This document shows positions 38,081 to 50,600 of a stretch of 64,000 bases of DNA, one piece after another. Every line of letters starts with the position of its first letter. Within the stretch, counting starts at the first letter, position 1. A program made the position numbers and the translations under genes. The stretch is from Escherichia phage vB-Eco-KMB39, in the sequence record OR539219.1; one strand, written 5' to 3'. The notes under the pieces were generated by a model. It was not told the origin of the DNA. It did not search any database and worked only from the letters and a program-made list of their open reading frames with translations.

Positions 38081-38338
38081 TTATTTTAAATCTTCTAATC
38101 GTTTCTTCATCTTAGAACCATTTTTAGCAATTTCTCCTGCATCGGAGCATAACGCTAAAAGTGCTTTAACTTTAGTTTGGTCTCCTTTAAAAGACGAAGG
38201 ATCGACCGCAGCAGCAAGTTCTTTAATACGAGAGAAAAGACGCTCAGCTTCAGCTAAAGCCATTCCAAGCTTTACTTCCATACCGTGGGAAGATTCGGTG
38301 ATAGTAGTTTTTGTAGCAAACTCTTTGAAAGTTTTCAT
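38081..38338 (-). CDS. Internal head protein-like (CTS-bearing) at the T4 ipI locus position
   Basis: 85 aa, N-terminus MKTFKEFATKTTITE/S resembles the internal-protein targeting sequence; located just upstream of 57B. Confidence 0.55.
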   Translation of the reverse strand: MKTFKEFATKTTITESSHGMEVKLGMALAEAERLFSRIKELAAAVDPSSFKGDQTKVKALLALCSDAGEIAKNGSKMKKRLEDLK

Positions 38339-38368
38339 TTTATTTTCCTAATTAATTTTGATGAGGTA

Positions 38369-38398
38369 ATAGTATCACTACCTCATCAGCATGTAAAC
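38369..38398 (-). promoter_or_regulatory. T4-type early promoter; approximate
   Basis: GTTTAC-N18-TACTAT; -10 embedded in inverted repeat GATGAGGTA...TACCTCATC. Confidence 0.55.
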
Positions 38399-38410
38399 AA
38401 CTTTGTGAAA

Positions 38411-39095
<685 letters not shown>

Positions 39096-39096
<1 letters not shown>

Positions 39097-39821
39097 TATA
39101 GTACCTTTAGTGTATTTTTAATTTTAGAAAAAAGTTCTTCAAGAGAACCATCGTTTGTAATTACTAAATCGCCATCACGAATTGGCAATCCAGCTTCTGT
39201 AATATGTGTATCATTGGATTTTTGACCAGGACGAACTACATGAATTACTGTAGCACCCATCGCCCTAGCCGCATCCATTTCATGATCTTGACGGGTATCA
39301 GGAACGATATAATAATCATAACCTGAGTTAAATTTATCAAGATAATCTAAAGCAAATAATTTTACCCAATACATGCGGTCGAAGTTATTAACAATCAAAT
39401 CCGTACCTAGGGCTTGCATCAGACGACGGACTGACCATTGATCTTCAATATTATTTATAACGTCAATAATCTTGTTAAATGCTACGGAATTAACTGATTC
39501 TTGTCCTTCGTCATCAAAAACAAACACACCTTTAATTGGGCTTTTACCGTTAAGATAGCAAAATGCTTGTTCCATAATCGTGATTACTTCTAATTTAGTC
39601 AGATTTAAATTAGTCTCACGATCATAGTCAATTCCTTCAAACTCTTTACGAGTTAAGCAAGGATAGTCAGTGTTTGCTGCAAATACTCCCCATGCATAAG
39701 CCAATGCATCCTTAATAGGACCAGCAAGTTGGTATTTAACTGCAGAATAATTGCTCATGATAAAATCAGCAGTAGTATCTTTTCCACTACGCTTTACACC
39801 GCTTAAAAAGATTAGTTTCAT
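39096..39821 (-). CDS. 1: Deoxynucleoside monophosphate kinase gp1
   Basis: From ATG 39819-39821 (SD GAGGAG) gives 241 aa starting MKLIFLSGVKRSGKDTTADFI (P-loop) as T4 gp1. Confidence 0.93.
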
Positions 39822-39870
39822 GTGTTTCTCCTCAAATTTAATTAAGATTATAACACACAAAACTGAAGCA

Positions 39871-40401
39871 TTAAACTTCTGCTATAATTTTTCCATCTTT
39901 TTCTACTTGAAAATAGGTGTAAGGAATCGTAGCTGTACATACTAAAGCCGGGTCTGAATCTTCTGTGTAGCTAAATTCTACTTCAGACAGGTCAGAAACC
40001 CAAGGCTTATAAAAATTTATTGACATCACGATTTCAGTTTTACTATTATCTAAAATGTAAAGCGTAATGTATTCAGGACCTGTTTTTTGGGCAGTATTTT
40101 CGCCTGTAAGATAGTTACTAGTTCCTAGCATCCATTCATACATTCCTATCCATGACTTAAGCTCTTCATCAACTATAAATCTCACGATGAGTGGGTCGTA
40201 CTCAAATGTAACACCTGGACGTTGTGCTCGGCCTAGTCCAAACGGCCCAGTCACGGTATCAGTAACAGGTATCCTAATTCCCGGAATAGGAACTGACTGA
40301 GCATTTAAAGTAAAAGCAGATGTAGTATTACTATGCGGTATTGATACTACAAAGTTAGTTGTATTTGCTTGGTTAAAAATTTGTTGTAGTGCTTGCGACA
40401 T
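39871..40401 (-). CDS. 3: Tail completion / sheath stabiliser gp3
   Basis: From ATG 40399-40401 (SD GAGGAA) gives 176 aa starting MSQALQQIFNQANTTNFVV as T4 gp3. Confidence 0.93.
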   Translation of the reverse strand: MSQALQQIFNQANTTNFVVSIPHSNTTSAFTLNAQSVPIPGIRIPVTDTVTGPFGLGRAQRPGVTFEYDPLIVRFIVDEELKSWIGMYEWMLGTSNYLTGENTAQKTGPEYITLYILDNSKTEIVMSINFYKPWVSDLSEVEFSYTEDSDPALVCTATIPYTYFQVEKDGKIIAEV

Positions 40402-40507
40402 ATATTCCTCATAATGCTTCATAAATGTTGGTGGTATAATGGGTCTAAGTCCCTTCCATTCAATTCCAATTAGAACAAACAACAGAAAAGAATGGAAGAT
40501 AATAGAA

Positions 40508-41167
40508 TTAATTTATTAGACTTCTTAAACGAGCAGAAGTCATAAATGGAAATTTTTCTAAAGTTGGCTTTCGCCAATATCTTGGATGACAAGTTGATTT
40601 AAAATCAAGAACAATTTTCTTTGCTTCATCAATAGTGTTAACTCCAAAGTTATCTAACATTATTTTCTTTTCTTTTTCCCACCGTTTATTAGCTAAAGCA
40701 GATTGAAGCTTTTTGTTTTTAAATGTGTCATTTTTTCTAGAATGAGTTGTGCCTTGTGTCGGACTCCATCCTCTTCCTAAAATAAATCCCTCAGGAATTA
40801 TATCTCCATCATGTAATTTTATACATCTTTTACCATTATTATAATATTTTCGTCCAGTTTGTGTATTTGAAATATTATTTACATGTTTTCTTTTTAACCA
40901 ACCATAAACTTTATTATTTCTCCTAACATATTTAGTTGAAACCGTCATTTTTATGGCTGCATAAGATAATTTTAAAGAATTTGGGTGTATTTTTACTAAT
41001 AGCTGATGTGCAACATAATGCTCTTCTGGAGTTAAATCAACCAAGTTAGAAGCATCATTACTACCGCCTAAACATTTCGGAATAATATGATGTCTTTCTT
41101 TATATCCAGTAAGGGCTCTATTGCGAGCCCTATCAATTAGTGAATTATAAATTTTTTCATAATTCAT
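40508..41167 (-). mobile_element. Free-standing HNH homing endonuclease inserted between genes 2 and 3
   Basis: HNH motif ...YKERHHIIPKCLGGSNDASNLVDLTPEEHYVAHQ...; ATG 41165-41167 overlaps gene 2 stop (ATGA); 219 aa. Confidence 0.8.
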
Positions 41168-41991
41168 CGTACATTGCTCCAAACTTTGTTTGCAGAGAAA
41201 CGTTTTCCTTTGGAGTAGAAGCTTTGGAGTGGCATCAACACAACGTTCGCCCAGTCTTTCGGGGCGATTTCAACAAGGCTACCCATAATATTACCGGGTA
41301 TATATGCCTTAATCATTTGGTCTGCACCCCTAAATCCTTTCACTTGACTCCAATCAATTTTTAATTTCGTTTTATTAGTAATAGTAGGTGTATTTGAATA
41401 TTGCTTTAAAAGCTCTTCTAGAAATTGCTGACGAGCTTTAGGTGGAATATAGTGCAAGTTTAATCCGTACATTAAATTGTGCTTACCTAAACCAAGGTAA
41501 ATTATCAAAGGAAATTTATCCCAGTAAGGAAGAGTTTCCTTGTGTTTAGCATCATAAGCAAAAGCATATATTCGTCCCGGTTGCGGGCGAACAACTTTAT
41601 GTCCTTTTACTTGCTTAATAGTTTCAGCAAACCACTTTCTGGTTTTATTATTAATTGCTGCACCTTCATTACGAATTTTATCACGCAATGTTTGTCTGAA
41701 TGAATTTATCATAAGCAGTTGTCTTTCTTGCTTATTGAGTTTATTCATTGGTTTTGATTCAAGCTTTTGAATCTTTTCAGCCGTTTTAATTCCTGAAGCA
41801 TATTTTGACATTGCTGAAGTAAACGTAGAGTATTTGATTCCTCTTTCTTCAGCAAATTGCTTTCCTGTCATTCCTTTTGCTTTGGCCTTTTTATATTCAA
41901 GACCTATCTGAATCCATTTCTTTTCGTTTAATGATTGCTTAACCTTTGGAACTTGGGGAGTGCTTTCATTAATTATTTGAAAAATAGCCAT
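41164..41991 (-). CDS. 2: DNA end protector protein gp2
   Basis: 275 aa at the T4 gene 2 position between genes 4 and 3. Confidence 0.88.
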   Translation of the reverse strand: MAIFQIINESTPQVPKVKQSLNEKKWIQIGLEYKKAKAKGMTGKQFAEERGIKYSTFTSAMSKYASGIKTAEKIQKLESKPMNKLNKQERQLLMINSFRQTLRDKIRNEGAAINNKTRKWFAETIKQVKGHKVVRPQPGRIYAFAYDAKHKETLPYWDKFPLIIYLGLGKHNLMYGLNLHYIPPKARQQFLEELLKQYSNTPTITNKTKLKIDWSQVKGFRGADQMIKAYIPGNIMGSLVEIAPKDWANVVLMPLQSFYSKGKRFSANKVWSNVR

Positions 41992-42443
41992 TATGCCCCC
42001 TTAAAGCCAAGAGCTCGTAATCCATCTTCTGTTAGAATTCTAAATTTTATTCCACGCTTTTCAGCTAAAGATTGTGCTGCTTTCCATTTGTCAGTGTTCA
42101 CAGACCAGGTATAAATTTCATTCATAAATCTTTTCTTCGCTGCGGTTGTTAGATGTGCTGGTTTAACTGGTGGTTGTGTTTCTTTTTTAGGTTTTATTTC
42201 AATAAAAAATTCTTGTCCAGAAGAATCTTTCATCCAAATATCCATGAAGTATCTACGTTTTTTCCCTTCGGCATTACAAAAATAAGGAATTACTGCTGTT
42301 TCACTACCCCATGCAATAATTTCTGGATTTTTATCTAACCATTCAAAAAAGAATTTTTCCCAATTTGATCTATACGTAATTTTTTTAGGGTCACCTCTAT
42401 ATTTTGATATATTTTTAGGAACCCATTTTCCAGAATATGCCAT
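41991..42443 (-). CDS. 4: Head completion protein gp4
   Basis: 150 aa, [36 protein letters not shown] matches T4 gp4. Confidence 0.93.
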   Translation of the reverse strand: MAYSGKWVPKNISKYRGDPKKITYRSNWEKFFFEWLDKNPEIIAWGSETAVIPYFCNAEGKKRRYFMDIWMKDSSGQEFFIEIKPKKETQPPVKPAHLTTAAKKRFMNEIYTWSVNTDKWKAAQSLAEKRGIKFRILTEDGLRALGFKGA

Positions 42444-42454
42444 TGGATTCTCCT

Positions 42455-42462
42455 TATAAATA
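42455..42462 (+). promoter_or_regulatory. Late promoter box TATAAATA for gene 53
   Basis: Exact TATAAATA about 29 nt upstream of gp53 ATG, followed by AGGAGGG SD. Confidence 0.6.
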
Positions 42463-42469
42463 GATAATA

Positions 42470-42477
42470 TATTTATA
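42470..42477 (-). promoter_or_regulatory. Late promoter box TATAAATA (minus strand) for gene 4
   Basis: Plus-strand TATTTATA, about 27 nt upstream of gene 4 ATG; divergent from the gene 53 promoter. Confidence 0.5.
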
Positions 42478-42490
42478 AACAGGAGGGCCC

Positions 42491-43081
42491 ATGCTCTTTA
42501 CATTTTTTGATCCGATTGAATATGCGGCCAAAACGGTGAATAAAAACGCGCCGACTATTCCTATGACAGATATTTTTAGAAACTATAAAGACTATTTTAA
42601 ACGCGCTCTTGCGGGATACCGCTTACGTACTTATTATATCAAAGGTTCACCACGCCCGGAAGAATTAGCAAATACTATATATGGAAATCCACAGCTGTAT
42701 TGGGTTTTATTGATGTGTAATGATAATTATGATCCATATTATGGATGGATTACTTCACAAGAAGCAGCTTATCAAGCATCTATACAAAAATACAAAAATG
42801 TAGGTGGAGACCAAATAGTATATCACGTGAATGAGAACGGTGAAAAATTTTATAATTTAATATCATACGATGATAATCCATATGTTTGGTATGATAAAGG
42901 CGATAAAGCTAGAAAATATCCTCAATATGAAGGAGCGCTTGCTGCGGTCGATACGTATGAAGCGGCTGTTCTTGAAAATGAAAAACTTCGTCAAATAAAA
43001 ATAATAGCAAAATCAGACATCAATTCATTTATGAACGACCTTATACGTATAATGGAGAAATCTTATGGAAATGATAAGTAA
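42491..43081 (+). CDS. 53: Baseplate wedge protein gp53
   Basis: 196 aa as T4 gp53; first gene of the plus-strand baseplate cluster. Confidence 0.92.
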   Translation: MLFTFFDPIEYAAKTVNKNAPTIPMTDIFRNYKDYFKRALAGYRLRTYYIKGSPRPEELANTIYGNPQLYWVLLMCNDNYDPYYGWITSQEAAYQASIQKYKNVGGDQIVYHVNENGEKFYNLISYDDNPYVWYDKGDKARKYPQYEGALAAVDTYEAAVLENEKLRQIKIIAKSDINSFMNDLIRIMEKSYGNDK

Positions 43082-44792
43082 TAACCTTAATTGGTTTGTT
43101 GGTGTTGTTGAAGATAGAATGGACCCATTAAAATTAGGTCGTGTTCGTGTTCGTGTGGTTGGTCTGCATCCACCTCAAAGAGCACAAGGTGATGTAATGG
43201 GTATTCCAACTGAAAAATTACCATGGATGTCAGTTATTCAACCTATAACTTCTGCAGCAATGTCAGGAATTGGAGGTTCTGTTACTGGACCGGTAGAAGG
43301 AACTAGAGTTTATGGTCATTTTTTAGACAAATGGAAAACTAACGGAATTGTCCTTGGCACGTATGGTGGAATAGTTCGCGAAAAACCGAATAGACTTGAA
43401 GGATTTTCTGACCCAACTGGGCAATATCCTAGACGTTTAGGAAATGATACTAACGTATTAAACCAAGGCGGAGAAGTAGGATATGATTCGTCTTCTAATA
43501 TTATCCAAGATAGTAATCTAGACACTGCAATAAATCCCGATGATAGACCACTATCAGAAATTCCAACTGATGATAATCCAAATATGTCAATGGCTGAAAT
43601 GCTTCGCCGTGATGAAGGATTAAGACTAAAAGTTTATTGGGATACCGAAGGATATCCGACAATTGGTATTGGTCATCTTATCATGAAGCAGCCAGTTCGT
43701 GATATGGCTCAAATTAATAAAGTTTTATCAAAACAAGTTGGTCGTGAAATTACAGGAAATCCAGGTTCTATTACAATGGAAGAAGCGACAGCTTTATTTG
43801 AGCGTGATTTGGCTGATATGCAACGTGACATTAAATCACATTCTAAAGTAGGACCAGTCTGGCAAGCTGTCAACCGTTCTCGTCAAATGGCATTAGAAAA
43901 TATGGCATTTCAGATGGGTGTTGGCGGTGTAGCTAAATTTAACACAATGTTAACTGCTATGTTAGCCGGAGATTGGGAAAAAGCATATAAAGCTGGTCGT
44001 GATTCATTGTGGTATCAACAAACAAAAGGCCGTGCATCCCGTGTTACCATGATTATTCTTACAGGTAATTTGGAATCATACGGTATTGAAGTGAAAACAC
44101 CGGCTAGGTCTTTGTCAGCAATGGCTGCTGCTGTAACAAAGTCTTCTGATCCAGCTGACCCTCCTATTCCGAATGATTCGAGAATTTTATTTAAAGAACC
44201 TGTTTCTTCATATAAAGGTGAATATCCGTATGTTCACACAATGGAAACTGAAAGCGGTCATATTCAGGAATTTGACGATACCCCGGGACAAGAACGATAC
44301 AGATTAGTTCATCCGACTGGAACATATGAGGAAGTATCACCGTCAGGAAGAAGAACAAGAAAAACTGTTGATAATTTGTATGATATAACAAATGCTGATG
44401 GTAATTTTTTGGTAGCTGGCGATAAAAAGACTAACGTCGGTGGATCAGAAATTTATTACAACATGGATAATCGTCTTCACCAAATAGATGGAAGCAATAC
44501 GATATTTGTGCGTGGCGATGAAACTAAGACGGTTGAAGGTAATGGAACTCTCCTAGTCAAAGGTAATGTTACTATTGTAGTTGAAGGTAATGCTGACATT
44601 ACAGTTAAAGGAGATGCTACCACTTTAGTTGAAGGAAATCAGACTAATACAGTAAATGGAAATCTTTCTTGGAAAGTTGCTGGGACAGTTGATTGGGACG
44701 TTGGTGGTGATTGGACAGAAAAAATGGCATCTATGAGTTCTATTTCATCTGGTCAATACACAATTGATGGATCGAGGATTGACATTGGCTAA
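43065..44792 (+). CDS. 5: Baseplate hub / cell-puncturing protein with lysozyme domain gp5
   Basis: 575 aa; MEMISNNLNWFVGVVEDRMDP N-terminus; lysozyme domain (MAEMLRRDEGLRLKVYWDTEGYPTIGIGHL); C-terminal VEGN beta-helix repeats. Confidence 0.96.
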   Translation: MEMISNNLNWFVGVVEDRMDPLKLGRVRVRVVGLHPPQRAQGDVMGIPTEKLPWMSVIQPITSAAMSGIGGSVTGPVEGTRVYGHFLDKWKTNGIVLGTYGGIVREKPNRLEGFSDPTGQYPRRLGNDTNVLNQGGEVGYDSSSNIIQDSNLDTAINPDDRPLSEIPTDDNPNMSMAEMLRRDEGLRLKVYWDTEGYPTIGIGHLIMKQPVRDMAQINKVLSKQVGREITGNPGSITMEEATALFERDLADMQRDIKSHSKVGPVWQAVNRSRQMALENMAFQMGVGGVAKFNTMLTAMLAGDWEKAYKAGRDSLWYQQTKGRASRVTMIILTGNLESYGIEVKTPARSLSAMAAAVTKSSDPADPPIPNDSRILFKEPVSSYKGEYPYVHTMETESGHIQEFDDTPGQERYRLVHPTGTYEEVSPSGRRTRKTVDNLYDITNADGNFLVAGDKKTNVGGSEIYYNMDNRLHQIDGSNTIFVRGDETKTVEGNGTLLVKGNVTIVVEGNADITVKGDATTLVEGNQTNTVNGNLSWKVAGTVDWDVGGDWTEKMASMSSISSGQYTIDGSRIDIG

Positions 44793-44826
44793 TATACTTC
44801 CAATGAGCGCTGATTTAGGAGAATCC

Positions 44827-45321
44827 ATGGAAGGTTCTTCTATCGACGTCACCTTTACTGCTCAATTAGAAACAGGTGAAACGTTAGTATCTATAAATAT
44901 AACTAGTTACGAAGAAACTCCTGGGGTTTTAGTAGAAGAAAATCGTTTATATGGAACGTATGAATCTGTATTTGGATTTGGAAATGATGCGTTGAAATAT
45001 CGTTTAGATAATGAATTTAAAACTGCTGCTTCATGGGAAGACCTTCCAACTGATTCTAATACTCAGTTATATTTATGGAAAGCTCCTCAAAACCTCCAGA
45101 AGACATTCACTTACGAAGTAACATTAATATATGACTACCAAGAACAAGGTGAATCTGGAGGTTCTGGCAGTAATTCTAGGTCATCTTCTGATACTACTGA
45201 ACCAACGAATCCTCCAGCTCCAATAAGAAAAACTCTTGTTAAAAATTACACAAAAACTATAGTTGGAAATTGGAGTCGTTGGGCTAATAAATTGAGAAGC
45301 TATGTGTATGAGAGGCAATAA
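44827..45321 (+). CDS. Hypothetical protein gp5.1-like
   Basis: ATG 44827 preceded by AGGAG; between genes 5 and 5.4. Confidence 0.55.
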
Positions 45322-45614
45322 TGTCAGGATTAAGTTATGATAAGTGTGTTACTGCCGGCCATGAAGCATGGCCTCCAACAGTTGTGAATGCTACACAAAG
45401 TAAAGTATTCACTGGAGGAATTGCTGTTCTCGTAGCAGGTGATCCAATTACAGAACATACAGAAATTAAAAAGCCATATGAAACACATGGCGGAGTGACA
45501 CAACCTAGAACTTCTAAGGTATATGTCACTGGAAAGAAAGCTGTTCAAATGGCTGATCCAATATCATGCGGTGATACTGTGGCTCAGGCATCATCTAAAG
45601 TATTCATTAAATAG
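45321..45614 (+). CDS. 5.4: PAAR-repeat spike tip protein gp5.4
   Basis: 97 aa, as T4 gp5.4; position immediately upstream of gene 6. Confidence 0.85.
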
Positions 45615-45622
45615 GATTTAAA

Positions 45623-47605
45623 ATGGCAAATACCCCTGTAAATTATCAATTAACAAGAACAGCAAATGCTATTCCCGAGATATTCGTCGGGGGTACATTT
45701 GCTGAAATAAAACAAAACCTCATTGAATGGCTTAATGGCCAAAATGAATTTTTGGATTATGATTTTGAAGGCTCAAGATTAAACGTTCTGTGTGACCTTT
45801 TAGCTTATAATACATTATACATTCAGCAGTTTGGTAATGCTGCCGTATATGAAAGCTTTATGCGTACTGCTAACTTACGTAGTTCAGTAGTTCAAGCGGC
45901 GCAAGATAATGGATATTTACCTACTTCAAAATCAGCTGCTCAAACTGAAATTATGCTAACTTGTACAGACGCATTGAATAGAAATTACATTACTATTCCT
46001 CGTGGTACTCGCTTTTTAGCATATGCAAAAGATACTTCTGTTAATCCTTATAACTTTGTCTCTACCGAAGATGTTATTGCTATTCGTGATAAAAATAACC
46101 AGTATTTTCCACGTTTAAAATTAGCCCAGGGACGTATAGTAAGAACTGAAATCATTTATGATAAATTAACACCTATTATCATTTATGACAAAAATATAGA
46201 TAGAAACCAAGTTAAACTATACGTTGATGGAGCAGAATGGATTAACTGGACAAGAAAGTCAATGGTTCATGCTGGTTCTACATCAACAATTTACTACATG
46301 CGTGAAACTATTGATGGAAATACTGAATTTTATTTTGGTGAAGGTGAGATTTCCGTTAATGCGGCAGAAGGAGCATTGACTGCTAATTATATTGGAGGTC
46401 TTAAACCTACCCAGAACTCTACGATTGTTATTGAGTACATCAGTACTAACGGTGCAGATGCGAATGGTGCAGTCGGATTTTCATACGCAGATACATTAAC
46501 AAATATAACTGTCATCAATATTAACGAAAATCCAAATGATGACCCAGATTTTGTTGGGGCAGATGGCGGCGGCGATCCAGAAGATATTGAGCGTATTCGC
46601 GAATTGGGTACTATTAAACGCGAAACCCAGCAACGCTGCGTAACTGCAACCGACTATGATACATTCGTCTCAGAAAGATTCGGTTCTATTATTCAAGCGG
46701 TTCAGACTTTCACTGATTCTACCAAACCTGGTTATGCATTTATTGCTGCTAAACCTAAATCAGGTCTGTATTTAACTACCGTACAGCGCGAAGATATTAA
46801 AAATTATCTCAAAGATTATAATTTAGCGCCTATTACACCGTCAATTATTTCTCCTAATTATCTTTTTATTAAGACTAATTTAAAAGTCACATATGCTTTA
46901 AATAAACTACAAGAATCCGAACAGTGGCTTGAAGGTCAAATAATTGATAAAATTGATCGCTATTATACCGAAGATGTAGAAATTTTTAACTCATCTTTTG
47001 CCAAGTCTAAGATGTTAACTTACGTAGATGATGCAGATCATTCTATCATTGGTTCATCAGCGACTATTCAAATTGTTCGTGAAGTACAAAACTTCTATAA
47101 AACGCCTGAAGCAGGTATTAAATACAATAATCAAATAAAAGATCGTTCTATGGAATCTAATACGTTTTCATTTAATTCTGGACGAAAGGTTGTAAATCCT
47201 GATACCGGTTTAGAAGAAGATGTATTATATGACGTTCGTATAGTATCAACAGACCGAGATTCTAAAGGAATTGGTAAAGTTATTATTGGTCCATTTGCTT
47301 CTGGCGATGTTACAGAAAATGAAAACATTCAGCCGTATACAGGCAACGATTTTAACAAATTAGCAAATTCTGATGGACGCGACAAATACTATGTTATCGG
47401 TGAAATAAATTATCCAGCTGACATGATTTATTGGAATATCGCTAAAATTAATTTAACATCTGAAAAATTTGAAGTTCAGACTATTGAATTATATTCTGAC
47501 CCAACCGATGATGTTATCTTTACTCGCGATGGTTCACTGATTGTATTTGAAAATGACTTACGTCCACAATACTTAACTATCGATTTGGAGCCTATATCAC
47601 AATGA
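45623..47605 (+). CDS. 6: Baseplate wedge protein gp6
   Basis: 660 aa as T4 gp6; order 5-6-7. Confidence 0.93.
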   Translation: MANTPVNYQLTRTANAIPEIFVGGTFAEIKQNLIEWLNGQNEFLDYDFEGSRLNVLCDLLAYNTLYIQQFGNAAVYESFMRTANLRSSVVQAAQDNGYLPTSKSAAQTEIMLTCTDALNRNYITIPRGTRFLAYAKDTSVNPYNFVSTEDVIAIRDKNNQYFPRLKLAQGRIVRTEIIYDKLTPIIIYDKNIDRNQVKLYVDGAEWINWTRKSMVHAGSTSTIYYMRETIDGNTEFYFGEGEISVNAAEGALTANYIGGLKPTQNSTIVIEYISTNGADANGAVGFSYADTLTNITVININENPNDDPDFVGADGGGDPEDIERIRELGTIKRETQQRCVTATDYDTFVSERFGSIIQAVQTFTDSTKPGYAFIAAKPKSGLYLTTVQREDIKNYLKDYNLAPITPSIISPNYLFIKTNLKVTYALNKLQESEQWLEGQIIDKIDRYYTEDVEIFNSSFAKSKMLTYVDDADHSIIGSSATIQIVREVQNFYKTPEAGIKYNNQIKDRSMESNTFSFNSGRKVVNPDTGLEEDVLYDVRIVSTDRDSKGIGKVIIGPFASGDVTENENIQPYTGNDFNKLANSDGRDKYYVIGEINYPADMIYWNIAKINLTSEKFEVQTIELYSDPTDDVIFTRDGSLIVFENDLRPQYLTIDLEPISQ

Positions 47606-50600
47606 CAGTAAAAGCACCTTCAGTCACTAGTCTCAGAATTTCCAAGTTATCCGCTAATCAGGTGCAAGTACGCTGGGATGACGTTGGTGCTAATTTCTAC
47701 TATTTTGTAGAAATCGCTGAGACAAAATCAAACTCGGGAAAAAATCTCCCGAGTAATCAATATCGTTGGATTAATTTAGGATATACAGCAAATAATAGTT
47801 TCTTTTTTGATGATGCTGATCCATTGACATCATATGTTATTAGAGTAGCTACAGCTGCGCAAGATTTTGAGCAGTCTGATTGGATTTATACCGAAGAGTT
47901 TGAAACTTTTGCTACAAATGCTTATACATTTCAAAACATGATTGAAATGCAATTAGCCAATAAATTCATTCAGGAAAAATTTACTCTTAATAATTCTGAT
48001 TATGTTAATTTCAATAATGACACAATAATGGCTGCGTTGATGAATGAATCATTTCAGTTCAGCCCATCGTATGCTGATGTCTCATCAATCAGTAATTTTA
48101 TTATTGGTGAAAACGAGTATCATGAAATACAAGGTTCTATCCAGCAAGTATGTAAGGATATTAACCGAGTTTATTTGATGGAATCAGAAGGGATTCTATA
48201 TCTTTTTGAGCGTTATCAACCCGTAGTTAAAGTATCAAATGATAAAGGACAAACTTGGAAAGCTGTAAAGCTCTTCAATGACCGTGTAGGATATCCTTTA
48301 TCTAAGACTGTATATTACCAATCTGCAAACACAACATACGTTCTAGGATACGATAAGATTTTCTATGGCCGTAAATCGACTGACGTTAGATGGTCAGCAG
48401 ATGATGTCAGATTCAGTTCACAGGATATAACATTTGCTAAATTAGGAGACCAACTTCATTTAGGATTCGATGTTGAAATCTTCGCTACTTATGCGACTTT
48501 ACCAGCGAATGTATATCGTATAGCTGAAGCCATTACTTGTACGGATGATTATATCTATGTTGTTGCCAGAGATAAAGTTAGATATATAAAAACGAGTAAT
48601 GCACCTATAGATTCTGACCCGTTATCACCAACATACTCGGAAAGACTTTTTGAACCTGATACAATGACTATAACTGGAAATCCTAAAGCTGTATGCTATA
48701 AAATGGATTCTATTGGTGATAAAGTTTTTGCTCTTATTATTGGTGAAGTTGAAACATTAAATGCTAATCCTAGAACATCAAAAATAATTGATTCCGCTGA
48801 TAAAGGAATATATGTTTTAAATCATGACGAAAAAACATGGAAAAGAGTTTTTGGTAATACCGAAGAAGAAAGAAGACGTATTCAACCCGGATATGCGAAT
48901 ATGTCAACTGATGGTAAATTAGTTTCTCTGTCTTCGAGTAATTTTAAATTTTTAAGTGATAACGTTGTTAATGACCCTGAAACTGCTGTAAAATACCAGT
49001 TAATCGGTGCTGTCAAATATGAATTTCCTCGCGAATGGTTAGCTGATAAACATTATCATATGATGGCGTTTATAGCGGATGAAAAATCTGATTGGGAGAC
49101 TTTTACTCCTCAGCCGATGAAATACTATGCAGAACCATTCTTTAACTGGTCTAAAAAATCTAACACACGCTGTTGGATAAACAACTCTGATAGAGCTGTA
49201 GTAGTTTATGCTGATTTAAAATACACCAAAGTTATAGAAAATATTCCGGAAACATCACCAGATAGATTAGTTCATGAATACTGGGATGATGGTGATTGTA
49301 CGATAGTAATGCCAAATGTTAAATTCACTGGATTTAAAAAATACGCATCAGGAATGCTTTTTTATAAGTCTTCTGGTGAAATAATTTCTTACTATGATTT
49401 TAACTATCGAGTGAGAGACACGGTTGAAATAATTTGGAAGCCAACTGAAGTATTTTTAAAAGCATTTTTACAAAACCAAGAGCGTGAAACTCCTTGGTCC
49501 CCGGAAGAAGAGCATGGATTAGCTGATCCTGATTTAAGACCATTAATTGGCACAATGATGCCTGATTCTTATTTGCTACAGGATTCTAATTTTGAGGCAT
49601 TCTGCGAAGCATATATTCAGTATCTTTCTGATGGATATGGAACTCAGTATAATAATTTACGAAATTTAATTCGTAACCAATATCCGCGAGAAGAGCACGC
49701 GTGGGAATATTTGTGGTCAGAGATATATAAAAGAAACATTTATTTAAATGCTGATAAACGTGATGCTGTTGCAAGATTTTTTGAATCACGTAGCTATGAT
49801 TTTTATTCTACTAAAGGAATTGAAGCATCATACAAGTTTCTTTTTAAAGTTCTTTATAATGAAGAAGTTGAAATTGAAATTGAATCTGGAGCTGGTACTG
49901 AATATGATATAATCGTTCAATCTGATTCTTTGACCGAAGACTTAGTAGGACAAACGATTTATACAGCTACAGGAAGATGTAATGTTACTTATATAGAAAG
50001 AAGCTATTCTAATGGTAAATTGCAATGGACCGTAACTATTCATAATCTTTTAGGAAGATTAATTGCCGGTCAAGAAGTTAAAGCAGAAAGACTCCCTAGT
50101 TTCGAAGGCGAAATTATTCGCGGGGTTAAAGGAAAGGATTTGCTTCAAAATAATATAGACTATATTAATAGAAGTAGATCATATTATGTAATGAAAATTA
50201 AATCCAATTTACCTTCTTCCCGCTGGAAATCTGACGTTATTCGTTTTGTTCATCCAGTAGGATTTGGATTTATAGCAATTACTCTTTTAACAATGTTTAT
50301 TAATGTTGGTTTAACTCTTAAACATACAGAGACTATAATTAATAAATACAAAAACTATAAATGGGATTCTGGATTGCCTACTGAATACGCTGATAGAGTA
50401 GCTAAATTGACTCCAACCGGTGAAATTGAGCATGATTCAGTAACAGGCGAAGCAATTTATGAACCTGGCCCAATGGCTGGCGTAGAATATCCTCTTCCTG
50501 ATGACTATAATGCTGAAAATAATAATTCAATATTTCAAGGTCAATTGCCTTCTGAACGACGTAAATTAATGAGTCCTCTATTTGATGCATCTGGAACAAC

